Assembly: GCA_015680685.1 (NCBI GenBank)
Contig: MNCI01001745.1
Location: 1,270,096 to 1,334,095 of the forward strand
Source: Gnetum montanum
Taxonomy: Eukaryota; Plantae; Gnetophyta
Direction: 5' to 3'
DNA: 64,000 nt
Shown here: positions 12,500 through 26,513 of the stretch, in pieces
How the letters are laid out: each line of letters starts with the position of its first letter
Position numbering within the stretch: position 1 is the stretch's first letter
Made by a program: the position numbers and the translations under genes
Notes under the pieces: model-generated
Told to the model about the DNA's origin: nothing
The model's database searches: none
What the model saw: only the letters and a program-made list of their open reading frames with translations

Positions 12500-13330
12500 C
12501 TAACTTGGCATAGCTATTTTGGAAGAGCCTTGTAGAACCAAAAATAGGTTCTGCAGATTAGTTCTATAAGTTGATTTGGCAAGGTACCTAGTTGAACCAA
12601 GAATTGGTTTTGAAGATTTTTAGAAAAGAAATAAACATTTAAATCAATCTTTTCAACCAAGCTTGCATATGTAAAGAAAATGTTAATGTGGTAGAGGTTA
12701 ACTGAATGAGCCCTTCATAGAACAAAAATTGGTTCTACAAGCTAGTTGTATTAGCAATTTTTCTTTGGCTAACATGGTAGAGCTAACCATATGAGCCCTT
12801 TATAGAACAAAAAAGTGATTCTACAAGCTATTTGTATGAGCACATTTTCTTGAACTGAGGTGGTAGAGCTATTTCTCATCCTTTCATCAAACTAGAGGAT
12901 GGTTCTATGAGCTGGTTGAGCTAGATTAAAACTTCATTTACCTACATGCTCTAAAACTTATTTAATTTTGGCCCCAATAAGCCCTATTAATAAAAAGCTT
13001 ACATGGTAGAGCTATTTCTCATTTCTTTTGTGGAAGTACAAAATGTCTCTACAAGTTGTCTCTATAAGCTAAGCTAGATTTTAAAAAAACATGTTTATGC
13101 ACATGCTCTTAAGATTGTTTAGCTTGGCCCCACTAAATTCTATTAGTGAAAACTTACATGGTAGAACTATTTCTCATTTCTTTTGTGGAACCAAAAAGTG
13201 ATTCTATGAGTTGGCTCTACAAGCTACGTTTAATTAAAAGTTTTTAAGTGCACATGATGCTAAACTAATAGAATCAATTTAGTTAAGCTACATAGAATCA
13301 AAAAAATAGTTCTACAAACTGACTCTATTT
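12500..13330. repeat. Palindrome-rich subrepeat array (GTAGAGC / GTTCTAC cores), probably within the 3' LTR of copia element 1
   Basis: Units starting GGTAGAGCT(A) at about 12690, 12776, 12862, 13005 and 13160, with inverted TTCTACAAG partners. Confidence 0.65.
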
Positions 13331-16300
13331 GTTGATGTGGCATATTAAACAATTCCCTATATAGGATAAGTCAAGAGCTCAAATCCATATGAAATAAAAA
13401 CTCCACTATAAATCCAAACCTACTAGCAAGCTTAAAACATAATAATCTCACCCTTTTTAAGATTGGGTGAGCTTATAGACATAAATCATACAAATCAAAG
13501 CATACGAGGAAAATCCCCAAAAAATCTCAAGGTTAGGGATACCATACTAATAAAACTCAACTCAAAATATAGATTATAATTAAAACAAATTACAAGCTCT
13601 TAACAAAACGAATCAACTTAAGCAAGAAAACCATATAGCTAGTTAAAGATGAGTAAATAATTATCATAACACATCTCATAACAATCAAGTTTACAATACA
13701 ATAAATCAATTAAACACTACATATAGCTAATCATCAACACATAGTTCATAATCAAACATCTAAATAGATGAAAAAAACTTAGCTAAGAATAAAGTAAGTT
13801 TAGAGACAACTCATAAGAATCAAGTTTACAATACAATTAATTAATTAAGAACTACATCTAGTTGATAATCCATACATAGTTCATAATCAAAAACCTAATA
13901 GATGAAAATAACCTAGCCAAGCATAAAATAAGCTAAGAGATCCTGCACACATATACATTAAGTATGAAGAGAAATCAACCCCACTATTTTTTGAAATAAG
14001 AGCAAATACATAATCATGTTACCTTACATTAATTTATTCTCCCCCTTTTTGTCAAAAGAATATCCTCCTATCACTAAATAATTTAAGCTTAAAATACAAA
14101 GATAAACATAGGCTATAAAAGTAAGCAAATGATAAACATAAGAGTTTAAAAAATATTGATCTTATTGACTAATGAACTATCATGCACAATGAACTATCAA
14201 GCTCAGTGAACTATCAAGCTTATAATAGATATGTAATAATGAGAGAATAGTTATCCATACCAAGCATAGAAAAAATAAAATGTATAGAATGGATTAGGGA
14301 GTTAAGAAACCACTTAGAAGCATCATAGCTATGGCTATTGATAAAAGCTTTTGAATAAATTAAAAGAATTTTAAAGATCTTGGGAAAGAGTTGAGAAGAG
14401 AAAAGGTGAAGAGAAATCAAGCCTTGATAAATATTTAATATGGAATAGAGTATGAAAGAAATAGAAAAGTGTGGAAGACTCAAGAAAATTTTAGTAAGGA
14501 GGTGGAAAGGATTATGATGCAGAAGTAGTAGGAATCTCTAGAGCATGAGAAATAGAGGCCATTGGCATCTAGAACATCTAAAGAAATGAGAGGCTATACG
14601 AAGAAAAACATTGAGACTTTGTACTTCATGCATGATCTCTTTGAGATACTACATCTTCCAATCTTAGAGCCAACAAGAAGGTCATCCTTTGGTCATGTTT
14701 CCTATGAGTAAATGTGTGAATCCATATGATATGTCTCTAAGGATTCACCTAACTCAGCATGGGCTACTAGTTCTTCTATTGCATCTTGAATGTATTTGCT
14801 TCCCTACAATATAAACTTACCTACTCCCCCTACAACAATGTTCGTTAGCTTATAAATCCCTATGTTAGTATTATGAGTTTTAAACTCTCATGTATGTCTA
14901 GATAAATAATTCACACCTAGTAACATTATTAGATATAGAAATCTTTCTTTATTTAAAGCCTTTGTAAAATTATCTACTCTTTGTCCTTTAGATGAAATAT
15001 AGAATAATTTCACTATTTGCAACTCTACTTGATCTCTAAGAAAATGGTATTTAATCTCAATATGTTTAGTTTTTCCATGAAAAATAAGACTTTTAAATAT
15101 AGAAATAGTGCCATTATTATCACAATGAATGCTTATTAGGTCAGAGAATGATATACTGAAGATCTTTAATACTCCCCTCATCCAAAGAACCTATGTGTAA
15201 TAGTGTGAGGCTAGAATATATATTACTTTAGCTGATGATAAATCTCTAAAGTTATCATTTTTGCTTAGCCATGACACCAATCCATTATCAAGAAAATGAT
15301 AGTTCCCACTAGTAGATTTTCAATCATTTTTATTTCCTATCCAATCTGTATTTTTAAATGCTTGTAGTTTGAAAATTCTACATTGTGGATACCTAGCCCA
15401 TGACTAGCAGTGCCTTTTAGATATTGTAAAATTCTTTTAGCTAAAACCAAGTGTGATTCTTCTAGTTCTAATTGATATCTAGAAATCAAGACTACTACAA
15501 AAGCTATGTCTGACCTGCTAGCTATAGCATAATGCAAGCCTCCCACAATAGATCTATATAGTGTAGCATCAATGTTTTTTTCATCTTCATCCTTCCAAAT
15601 TTGTATATTTATGCTAAGATGAGTTGCACAATTTTTATCTCTTATCTTGCCAAAATGCTTAAGCATCTACTAAACATAGTTTGGTTGTGAAATGAAGGTT
15701 CCTTTCCTAAGTTGTTAAATATGTAGGCCCATAAAATAAGATAGCTCTCCTATCATAACCATTTCAAACTTTGATTTCATAGCTTCAACAAATTCTTTAA
15801 CTAAAATTCAACTTGTTCCTCCAGAAATTATATCATCAACATAAATCAAAGCAACTAAAAACCCTATATTATCCTTTTTATTGTAAAGGGTACTATCTAG
15901 AGAGGTTTTCAAATACACATTTTCAACTAAATATGAATCAAGCTTAGCATATCATATTTTAATAGATTTTTTTAAACCATATAAATATTTGTGTAGCTAA
16001 TACACATGATTTGGCTATTCAATATCAATGAATCCTTTTGGTTGTTCTATATACACTATCTCATTTATTTCTCCATTTAGGAAAGTAAATTTCACATCCA
16101 TTTGGTAGAGAACAAACTCTTGATAAGTTGAAAAAGCTAACAAAATACTAATATATTTCACTCTTACAAATAGATCAAATGTATGTTGATATTCAAGCCC
16201 TTCTATCTATGTAAAGCCTTTCGCTACTAATCTTGCCTTATTATGGGTTACTTCATCAAGCTCATTTAGCTTGTTTGCAAACACTCACTGGTTCTAATGA

Positions 16301-16681
16301 CATTACCTTCTTTGGACCATGGGACAATCTCTCAAGTCTTGTTTTTTATAATTTGATTCATCTCTTCATCCATGTCATTCTTCTAGTCCTCACTCCCAAG
16401 AGCTTCCCTAACTGTTTAAGGAATGGAAAATATAAAACAACATACTAATAAGCCATGAACTATTGTTTCATATCTATTCTTTCTTGTTCTTTGTTTAAGA
16501 GATGTCCTAAGAATATCTAACATGGATGTAAACCTCTATATTCTTCTCCTTAAGCCATCATCAAGTGTATCCTCTTGTTCTATTTCTACCTTATCTATTG
16601 AGACTATCTATTCCTTATCAATCTTATCAGCTTATTCAAATGTCAAAATTCCATCATTATTTTCTTCTTCATCTACATCCA
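12500..16681 (-). mobile_element. Degenerate Ty1/copia element 1 (SIRE-like): RT-RNase H, long 3' region, several PPT-like tracts
   Basis: ORF fragments IHCDNNGTI..KTKHIEIKYHFLRD (14888-15181) and LYRSIVGGL..SRSDIAF (15337-15666); YVDD at ~15835. PPT-like tracts (plus strand CTCCCCCTTTTT) at ~14040 and ~13447. Confidence 0.8.
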
Positions 16682-19600
16682 TGAGGACTTAGAACTTATA
16701 AGGAGGATTGAATAAGTTTCCTAATTCAATTAATTAAGGCACAAAAAATTGCAATCAAAATTACATGATTCCCCAACTTGGGTACGTCCATACTCAGAGG
16801 ATAGAACCCTTGCACACCTTCTAACTTTGTTCCTTCAAAAATGTGATTTAAATGACACCAAAACCTTTACAAAGTTTAAGCTCTATAAGGGATATTTTTA
16901 CATAGAAACTCACCCATCCTCATAAGGTCCCAACAATTTCAAAATGTGGTTTTAAGGATCTCACAACTGTTACAATGATGTGAGCTTCACACAGAGTGTT
17001 TTCTCACTAGAAACATACTCAATCCTACAAGGTCATAATAAGCTCATAAGATGTCTTCTCATAAGAAGAACATCAATCTTGCAGGGTTAAAAAGAAAAAA
17101 AATCAATGAAAGAATGTAACTAAGCTTTATAAGTTCCTTACTTTGATGTTCTCACAATATAACTTACAATTGATAAAGAATTGAAGGACCAATTATATCA
17201 CAAGATATAGACAATGATGGAATAATCACATGAATAGTGGTTTTAATTTTCATAAGGATTCCATTATATTTTATAGCTTTTATCCTTCCCAAACAACATT
17301 CAAATTTCATGCAATGGTTAGGAAATGACTAGTTGGAACATCCTATTTGAGCTTGAAACCTCTTACTAAAAACAAGCCACTTGTAAGTGGGATGTCCCAC
17401 TAGAAATTGGAGCATCTCACTTTGGACATCCTAGCTAGGATGTATCAATAGCAATTAGGACATTTATTATTTTTTTGGAACATCTAGCCTAAAACTAAGT
17501 CTTCACCTATGGGATGTCTATTGATCTTTTGAAATATCCAAGAAGATACTAAAACACCTTTGTTTATCTTGTAAACTTAATGCATCCTTGTAGTCTTCAT
17601 TTTCTAGTTGAGACTTCTTGTCATCTTAGATTAGAAACTCATTTCTCATCTTGGTTTCATCTTGCTCCTTGTCTCAACACCATAAAGTACTTGTTTCGAT
17701 CATGATTTCTTCATCTAAGCTCTTGTCTCAATGTTTTGCTCTTGTCATCATCATGATATTGTCTTTACCAAGTCTTAAAAGATCACAAGTACATTTTCCA
17801 CATTCTCCATTTTCTAAAGTTTTGACATACCAAAAGCTAAAAAATATTCTCTTTTTTGGTAATGTCCAAAACCTGGAAAATGAGTTAGTAGAGAACATCT
17901 TATAAAAGGTAACAAAACATACATACTTCTCCTTTTTGGCATTTGTAAAAAGAAATTTCCCTTGGAAAAATCTTCCTAAATAGAAGTTGTTATTTTATTT
18001 TTAAGTTATTTTTTTTTATTATGAGAGATTTTAGATAAAAATTTTCTTATTTGATAGGACAAGGTTCTATTCCCATGTCCTTACATAGGGTAGTAAGTCA
18101 TTGTTCATCAAGTGGCTTGGTGAAGGCATCAACAAGTTGACTATCTATCCCAATGTATTCTATCTTTATATGTTCAAGTTGAGTGTGTTCTCATATGAAA
18201 TGATGTTAAATTTCAATTTTCTTTATATGAGAATGTTGAATAGGGTTCTTTGTCATATTGATAGAACTATTGTTATCACAGAAGATAGGTGTGTGATCTA
18301 ATTTAATCCCTAGATCCTTAATAATTTTTTTCATTCATAGGATTTTCACATAACAACTACCATCTAAAATATATTTTTCTTTAGCTATAGAAAGTATTGT
18401 AGAGGTTTACTTCTTTATTTCCCATGAAATAAGACTTCTTCCTAGAATGAAACAATTTCCACTTGTGCTTCTACAATCATCTATACAACCTATCTAATTG
18501 CATCACAATACTGATGAGCAACAAGGTATCCCTACACCCAACCATATGAATCATGAAGCATACATGCATAATCCATTTGAATTCCAAAGAATTTATCATT
18601 TTTGGTGCACTAGTACTTTAGGAAGTCAATCTAACCTTAAGGTCAATCATTGTCTTCCCAATTACAATTGTGATATTTGTTGGTATGGTTAAGTGTAACT
18701 AAGGCATTCGATTTTTATCATTTTTATGTTTTATAGTTGGGTACTTGATTTGTAGATAAAAAGGGATTTGATTAGCTAATTTAAATTAACTAATCATCTA
18801 ATCATTTAACTAATCCTAACATAAGTATCCATTCCCATTTTCCATACATGTCCTAAACCCATGTATCTGCTGCTGGGCGACCAAGCACTACGCTATTCAG
18901 TGTACCAAGCAATAAAGTTGCTGGGATTACCAAGAAAATACAAATTAATGTTTTAGCTTTCGTTTGGTTGATTTAAAATCCAAGAAACTTGTTGAGTTTT
19001 TCCATCATACTCATTTCAAGGCCTACTCACTAAAGATCTAACAATTTCTTACATAAAATCTCATTAATAGCTCCAAATATAATATCATCAACATAAATTT
19101 GCACAATAAGTAAATCTTTACCTTTACATTTAAGAAATAATGTAACATCTACCCTATCTCTTTCAAAATTATTAGATATGAGATGATATGAATGCCTATC
19201 ATACCAACCTCTAGGGGCTTGTTTGAGCCCATAGAGAGACTTCTTGAGTTTGAAAACATAATATGGATTAATGGGATTTACAAATCCTTTAGGTTGCTCA
19301 ACATAAACTTCCTCTTGAATAGTCCCATTCAAAAACACATTCTTCACATTCATTTAATACAACTTGATGTTTTTAATACATGTATAGGCTAAAATAAGTC
19401 TAATAGATTCAAGCTTAGCCATAGAAGCAAAATTCTCATTAAAATCAATTCCGTCTTGATGATTGTATCCTTTGGTAACTAACCTAGCTTTGTTCTTAAT
19501 AATGCTATCATTTTTATCATTTTTGTTCCTAAAAATTCATTTTATCCCAATAATTTATTTGTGATCAAGTTTAGAAGTTAATTTTCACACATCATTTCTA

Positions 19601-22600
19601 GTGAATTAATTTAGTTTCTCTTACATGGATGAAATCCATCCTTCCTCTATTTCTACCTCTTTAAAATTTTTTGGTTCAAGTTGTGAAATATAGACAGCAT
19701 AAGCAAAATTTTCTTTTCTTTGGTTTCTAGTTCAAATTCCATCTTTTACTTGTTCAATAACATCATTAAGACAATGTGATCTATAGAGTCTAGGCATTTT
19801 TAAGTTGGAGAAGTAATCTCATGTTCACTTCCTATTTCAAAATCTTTATCAATTTGTACTTGGGAAGTGCTAGATATCTTTTGTATAAGGACTTCTTCAT
19901 CATCATATTGTGGAGTAGAACCATCACTATCATCTATTTTAACATTTATAGTTTCCTCCATAGTATTGATTCTTTTTTTGAAAACCCTATAAGCCCTACT
20001 AACAGTTAAATATCCTAGAAAAATTTCCTCATCAGTTTTGGGATCAAATTTTCTTAAAGCATCTTTATCATTAAGAATATAGCATTTTGAGCCAAACACA
20101 TGAAAATAACAAATATATGGCTTTCTGCAAGTCCATAATTCATAAGAACTTTTATTAGTGAATCTTGTTACTCAAACTCTATTAGAGACATAGCATGCAA
20201 TGTTGATTGCATTAGCCCAAAAGTGATATGAAAGGCTTTTATCATTTAAAATATTTCTCCTCATTCCATTCAAGATCTTGTTTTTTCTTTTCACAACACC
20301 GTTCTATTCAAGATTCTTGATGTGGAAAATTAATTTAGAATACCATTCATCTGACAATATTGTTCAAATTTAACATTTTTTAATTCTTCTCCATTCTCAC
20401 TTTTGATGACCTTGATACCATAACATTTTCATTCTATATCTGATTATAAATTCCCATAAAATGATCAAAACCCTCATCCTTATGGTATAATAAAGCAACC
20501 CAAGTAAACCAAAAAATCATCAACAATAATTAGAAAATATCTTTTCTTTTTCAAACTAAGTGTTTGAGAAGGACCAACAAGATTCATGTGAAGCAAATCT
20601 AAAGGACAAAAGGTACAGAAGCAATTTTTCTTACCAAACCTTACCTTTGTTTTCTTTCCTTTCTAATAAGCTTCACAAGTGTTCAAGGAGAAATCCTTAA
20701 GTTTGGAACATCCTTGAACCATATATTTCAAGACAAGTGTTTGAAGAATGTCTTTGTTTATGTGACCTAGTTTCCCATGCCACATATGAACATCATTTGT
20801 ATTGCTCATCAAGTACCTAGATTCAAGGTTAGGATTATCATTAAAAATAGTTGTATAAACATTTTCCTTCCTATTTTCTTCGATAATAACTTTTTTAGAT
20901 AGAAAATATTTTACTTTACAAGTATTTTTAGAAAAGGTAAATCAAAATTTGAATCACAAACTTGGCTAATGCTACAAAGATTATGTTTTAGTCCTTCAAC
21001 AAAATAATACTTGATTGATAGTAGGTTGATCCTTACCTTTATCTCCAATGGTATCAATACCTTTTATTAGAGATTCTATGTCATCTCCAAAGATGATGGT
21101 TGCATAGTTCTATTCTGAAAAGTATATAAATTGAGATTTGCCTCTTGTCATATGTCTTGAACAACTACTATTAATGTATCATGTGCTTCAATTAATAGTA
21201 AAGAGTACAACTTGTGCAATCATTACTTGTTCAAAGCTCTTTTCTTTTTGCCTTTAAACCTTTTTTTTATAGTACCCTTTTCTTAAGATATTTTGAAAAA
21301 GACCAAGTATAGTGTTTTAATCCTAAATAATAATAGGCTTGAATATGTCCAATTTTCCCATAGTAGAAACAACTCATATTTTTAAATTTAGCTGAATTAT
21401 CAAACCTGGGAGAATATTTCTTTAAATTTACAAGGCCTAATCATAAAGCTTTGATGTGTGGATACCTTTGATCTTGAATTTTCTCTTTAATGTGTCTTTC
21501 AAAATTGAGCTTTTTATTTGATGATTTCTTATTAGTCTACTCAACAACACTTGTTAACTTTTGAACCTTAACTATTAGATCTGTGTTTTCTTTCTTAAGA
21601 TATAAATAATCATAATTAAGTGCTACAATTTTTATTTTCTTATCATAAAAAGTCTCTTTCATTTTGAAGCATAAATTTTGAAAGGAAATAATCTCATTAC
21701 AAAGTAACTCATACCTTTCTTCCAAAGCAATCTCATCTTCTTTAGCTTCACCATAAGATGTTGGGTCATTAATCAATTCTTGATTTCTCAAGAAAATACA
21801 TAGATGATGAGAGTCTTCATATGTATAGCTAGTTTTTCCATTTTCATCCCATCTTGTATTAATGTTGGTGGTTCTTATTTTTTTACTAAACTCTTTTTTA
21901 TGTAACCTAAAAGTACAAGAGATTTTGGAGGCCATATGACCTCTTCCATTGCATATCCAACATTGCATCAAGAAATTATTATGATCAAAAAAGTTGCTTT
22001 ACTTACCTCTTACCTTACCCTTATGGTAGATGAACTGAATGCAGCTCCCCAAGATGAATTTGATGAATCTTATCATTCTAGATCTTCAATTTGTGAAGTT
22101 GAATCCACCTAACATTGGTGGATTGATAAAATAAGGTTCCTTAATCATTCACTCTTGTGATGTTAAGCTCCAAATTCGAGAGTACTAGGCTCCAATCCGA
22201 CTTAAGGACCAAGAACATAGAAAGGGGGTTTAATAAGTTACCCAATTTGAACAATCAAGACACTAAAAAGTGCACTCAAAATTACATGGTTCTCCAACTT
22301 GGGTACATTTACACTCAAATAGTAGAATCCTTGCACACCTCCAAACTTTTTTTCTTCAAAAATTTGATTTAAACAATACCATAACCTCTAAAAATTTTGA
22401 GCTCTACAAGGTGTGTTTTTGCACAAAAACTCACCCAATCCCACAAGGTTCCAACAAGCTCAAAATGTGATCTCAAGTATCCCATAACCTTTACAAGGAT
22501 GTGGGCTCCATATAGATTATTTTCTCATTGGAAATATACTCAATCCCACAAGGTCCCAACAAGTTTACAAGATACCTTCTCACAAGAAGCACATTAATCC

Positions 22601-22715
22601 TATAGGGCTACAAAGAGAAAAAGAGAATTAAGAACAAAATGTAACTAAGCTTTACAAATTTCATGCCTTAAAGTTATTACAATACAACTTACAATTAATG
22701 GAGAATATCATTGAC
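16682..22715 (-). mobile_element. Degenerate copia element 2 (SIRE-like) with two diverged LTRs, nested in element 1
   Basis: 16682-17190 is homologous to 22202-22710. Degenerate Met PBS at 22188-22200; PPT at 17927-17937. Two zinc knuckles (~21950, ~21350), protease-region S(G)CSRHMT (~21160), integrase (~20100-20790), RT QIYVDDIIFG (19030-19353), RNase H (~18070-18500). Most of gag is deleted. Confidence 0.85.
18512..18960 (-). mobile_element. Truncated Athila-like LTR inside the RT/RNase H of copia element 2
   Basis: TGATGAGCAACAAGGTATCCCTACACCCAACCATA matches the reverse complement of the LTR 3' end at 48755-48789. Copia sequence between RT and RNase H is missing here. Confidence 0.75.
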
Positions 22716-24410
22716 CAAAGATCTAATTACACCTCATCAAGATTCATCAATTGCAAAAGATTTTTTTAAGACAAGGATACAACAATCTAGGTAACTCTTA
22801 TCCATCTTAATACTATAAATATTAATTGATTAAGATCAGTGTTAATTCTCTCTCAAAAATTTAGCAACCATGATCTAAAATTGATCTTCTTTTGTGAAAC
22901 CCATTATCTTAAGTAACTCAACGTCATTTATAACTCATCATGTCTTCCATATATCAACTTAGTAATGTCAATTTGTTAGAATAAGCTAATTTGGATCTTT
23001 TAAAAATTAAAGTTCATTTTTGAATCCTAAGACTATTTCCAATGATAGTACTCATCAAGACAATTCCAATGGTACAAATTTCATCTCAATTAGACTTATA
23101 GTTTAAGAGATATTGATGTTTATAATTTCTCATTATATGTGCATTAAAATAATATTAATTTATTAAATTATTCTTATAATTATAAAATAAAAAAATAAAA
23201 AAATGGCACTAGAAGTTAGGATCACAACTAACCCTTGTTGTTGACTACGGCAAGCCCTATTGCATTGTCATGTGGCACAAGTTGGTAGGCCTGGTAGCAT
23301 AGCAATGCAACTAGCAAATAGCCAATGGTAGCAAATCCTTTGCTATCCTACATGGCCCTACCATAACTACTACATGCCACAACACTCAATCCAACCACCT
23401 CCTCTTCACCTACTACCACCAAGCACACTGCTTTTGTTGCCATTGCACCCTAAAATCACCATGCTAGCAACCATTGCTACACTTGCAACCACCATCACAT
23501 CCTACTATCATGACCATCCATCTACTCAAATCACCACTTCACTACTACTCACTGCTCCATGTGCCCTTCTACATCTTCATCTGCTACTCTATGTTACCCT
23601 CCCACATGTTCCACCATGTTGGCCCTAAGTCATGTCCTTGGTAGTCTTCTGATGCTTCGCAGAGACTAATGGTACCATGATCACTACCACTTCTAACCCT
23701 TCGCAAACACCGTTGATGCCATAGATGACTACCACTCCTTAAACTTCATAGGCATCGATAGCACTATGGATCATAGGAACCCCTAGTGCTCTATAAACAC
23801 CATCAACATCGCAAATCACAAGTGTCCCTAGTGCTTCGTGGGTAATGATGGCACCACCAATCACATGCACACTTAGTGCTCTCAAGTTCCATCATTAACA
23901 ATGCATTTTTTTGGCAGTACCTCAAAGGCAATGCTACTCAAGCCTCACTTGTGCATTGCTAGTCCAATGCTAGCCACAAAAATCCCATTTTGGGTCTTGC
24001 ATGCCTTGAGAAGAGCTATGCAAACCCTATGAAGGACTTCACTAGCCATGGGAAGGGTCACGTAGGCCTTGGAAAGGGTTGCACATGCCTAGGCCATGCA
24101 GGCAAGACTAGTTGCTTGGCATAACCACCACTGACACTCATTACCACTATCATGCTACTTCATGCATGCCACTACCTACTGCTACCTTTGTGCATGTTCA
24201 ATGCCTCACCTACCACTACCTTTGTGTGCATTTCCTACCTTGCCACCATCCTTATTCAGTAGCTACCTCTACCTCTAGTGATGGAAGAATTTTTTTTGTC
24301 AATCAAAGGGAAATTCAAAATTTGCATCGTCAACACATTAATTTAAGTGAAAAATGCATGAAAATAATTTTCAAAATGAAATTATGCACCTTGCTAATAG
24401 CAAGAATAAA

Positions 24411-24476
24411 AATTCTGTAATTAAGTGCACTCAACTTGGAGTAAGAACTAGGATGGGTGACCTCTTAGGAAGTCTC
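24411..24476 (+). other. 5S rRNA-derived fragment (internal Pol III promoter region), Cassandra-like
   Basis: TTAAGTGCACTCAACTTGGAGTAAGAACTAGGATGGGTGACCTCTTAGGAAGTC compared with plant 5S GTTAAGCGTGCTTGGGCGAGAGTAGTACTAGGATGGGTGACCTCCTGGGAAGTC; 18-nt exact core at 24447-24464. The 5' part of 5S is absent. Confidence 0.8.
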
Positions 24477-26513
24477 ATTTTTCATGCCAAAGGTCCTCAA
24501 CCTTAGAAGCCATAACTTTCAATTCTAGAAGCCTTTTTTGATGAATGAAGAATTTTTTCTATAGTTTTCAATCTTTCAAACACAATGGTGATGTCAAATC
24601 TATCTTAGGAAATCCCACAAATTAGTTTTTACCCCTTGCCTGATATAGTACCTAGAGACCCTCAAAAATTTTAATTTTAGTATAACTCAAGCATAAAATA
24701 TCTTTTATTAACATATAAATAGACATTTTTAACATTTTTCACCCTTTTGAACTCAATGTTTAGGTCAAATTTTTCATCTAGGTACTCAATAATTCAATGA
24801 TATCATGAAACTATGCCTTAAAATCGACAATATATGGATAACTAATCATGCCTTGTTGGAAAAATAACCTTTGTAGATATCCTTAAGATCTATATGGCAT
24901 GTCATTAATTATACTACTAGAGTCAGTGTCTTTTTAGGGTGGTAGAAAGGCCATTAAGAATTAGATGATGTGAGTATATATTACTAAAATTAAATGATGT
25001 AGTTATATATTGCTAAAATTAGATAATGTAGTAAATCAATTAATCAATTGATGTATTAGTATTAGTTCAATTAATGATAAGTTAGAGAATTAGTTGATGA
25101 ACAAAAATGGTCAACAAGATGTATATCAATTCCTCTTTCAATCAACACATATGACTAAACAACATGAACCTTCATAGTCTTATTTCCACAAGGTGTATGA
25201 TACCCATGAAGAGAATTCACCTTAGGTAAGTCTATCACTTTCAAAGGTTAAAATGCAAACTTTCAAAGCGTAGTGCAATCTATGAAGAGCATAGTATGGT
25301 CTACGAAGAGTGTAGCTACCAAGATGACATGCCAAAGTGGATGCTAGCACCTTGGATTGATGAACGTTAATGAGGGAGAGCAAGCACTAGGATGCCTTCT
25401 GCAAGCACGTGTGGAGGAACTAAGGGCACCATAGTTCGCCAGGTATCCCGACTATGCTCTCCTCCTTTTTCTCCCATTTTTTCTTTTTCACTTGGTTCCC
25501 TGCACTTGGTGTTGAGGGTTTTGTATGTTGGTGGTGCCCTACCATGGCAAGATTGTCATTGCTATGACCATTGCGGCCACTATGGCTATGAGAGGTGTGC
25601 ATGTTGGGTGAGGGTTTTACTTTTCATTTTTTGGTGATGAGGTTTTTAGTAAAGGCCGTAGCCACTGTAGCAACTACTTTGGCAGTAGGGGGAAGGCCAT
25701 GGGCCTATGCAAGGCTTACTAGTAAAATTTTTATTTATAAGAAATTTTTCACTCAGTTTGTGGGTGGGGATTTATGGCTTGGTGGTGGCGATGATAGTGG
25801 AAAGCCACCACCCATGGGGTAGATGATGTGATAGGGTCTATAAAACTCCTTTTCTTATTTTGTCTATTTTTAGAGGAAACATGTGGCAAGGAGGGTTTTT
25901 GGGAGTTGTGACCACTATGGTAGCCATTGTGATTGCCAACAGAAAAGCCACAAGCTGTCATTGGGGCTACATACATGGGGCCATGGATTTACAAGGTTTG
26001 TTTTGTGTGGGGGTTTTATGCACAAGATTTTTTTTCTATGATGTAAAATTTTTTATTTAGTGTGTGGGCATGGATGAGGTAACCCAAAGTTAGAAAACAT
26101 TTGAAATGTCTCAAACTACACCACTTGGAGTTAGAAAATATTTTTTGAAAATTTTGCAAATTGTAATTGATGCTAGACTTGCAATATGCAAAAATGCCAA
26201 CAATGCTAAATGCACAAATCAAAATAATGTTAGACTGCCGAAACATGCAAACTATGAAAATGCCAATGATGTGAACATGCAAAACAAAATGCTAATGTCA
26301 TGCAAAATGTGTTGTATCCTAGTGAGTATCAAGTGCATCAAATGTATGTGTTGACGTCCTATACCCATGGGGTCCTAAGGGGCCTTAAGGATATATTTTA
26401 GTAGCCTATGCTATGTTATGCTAATTTTGTTAAGTTAAAATTTTAATATTTTGTCAAAATTTCCATCTAATGTATGCACACTAATACTTCATCTATTGCT
26501 TTTGTAGTTGCAG

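Noticed and set aside
13676-13940. ~134-bp tandem duplication
   Set aside because: Real, but an ordinary local duplication in the copia 3' region.
24411-24476. Functional 5S rRNA gene
   Set aside because: Only about half of the gene is present, it is diverged, and it is not in a tandem array.
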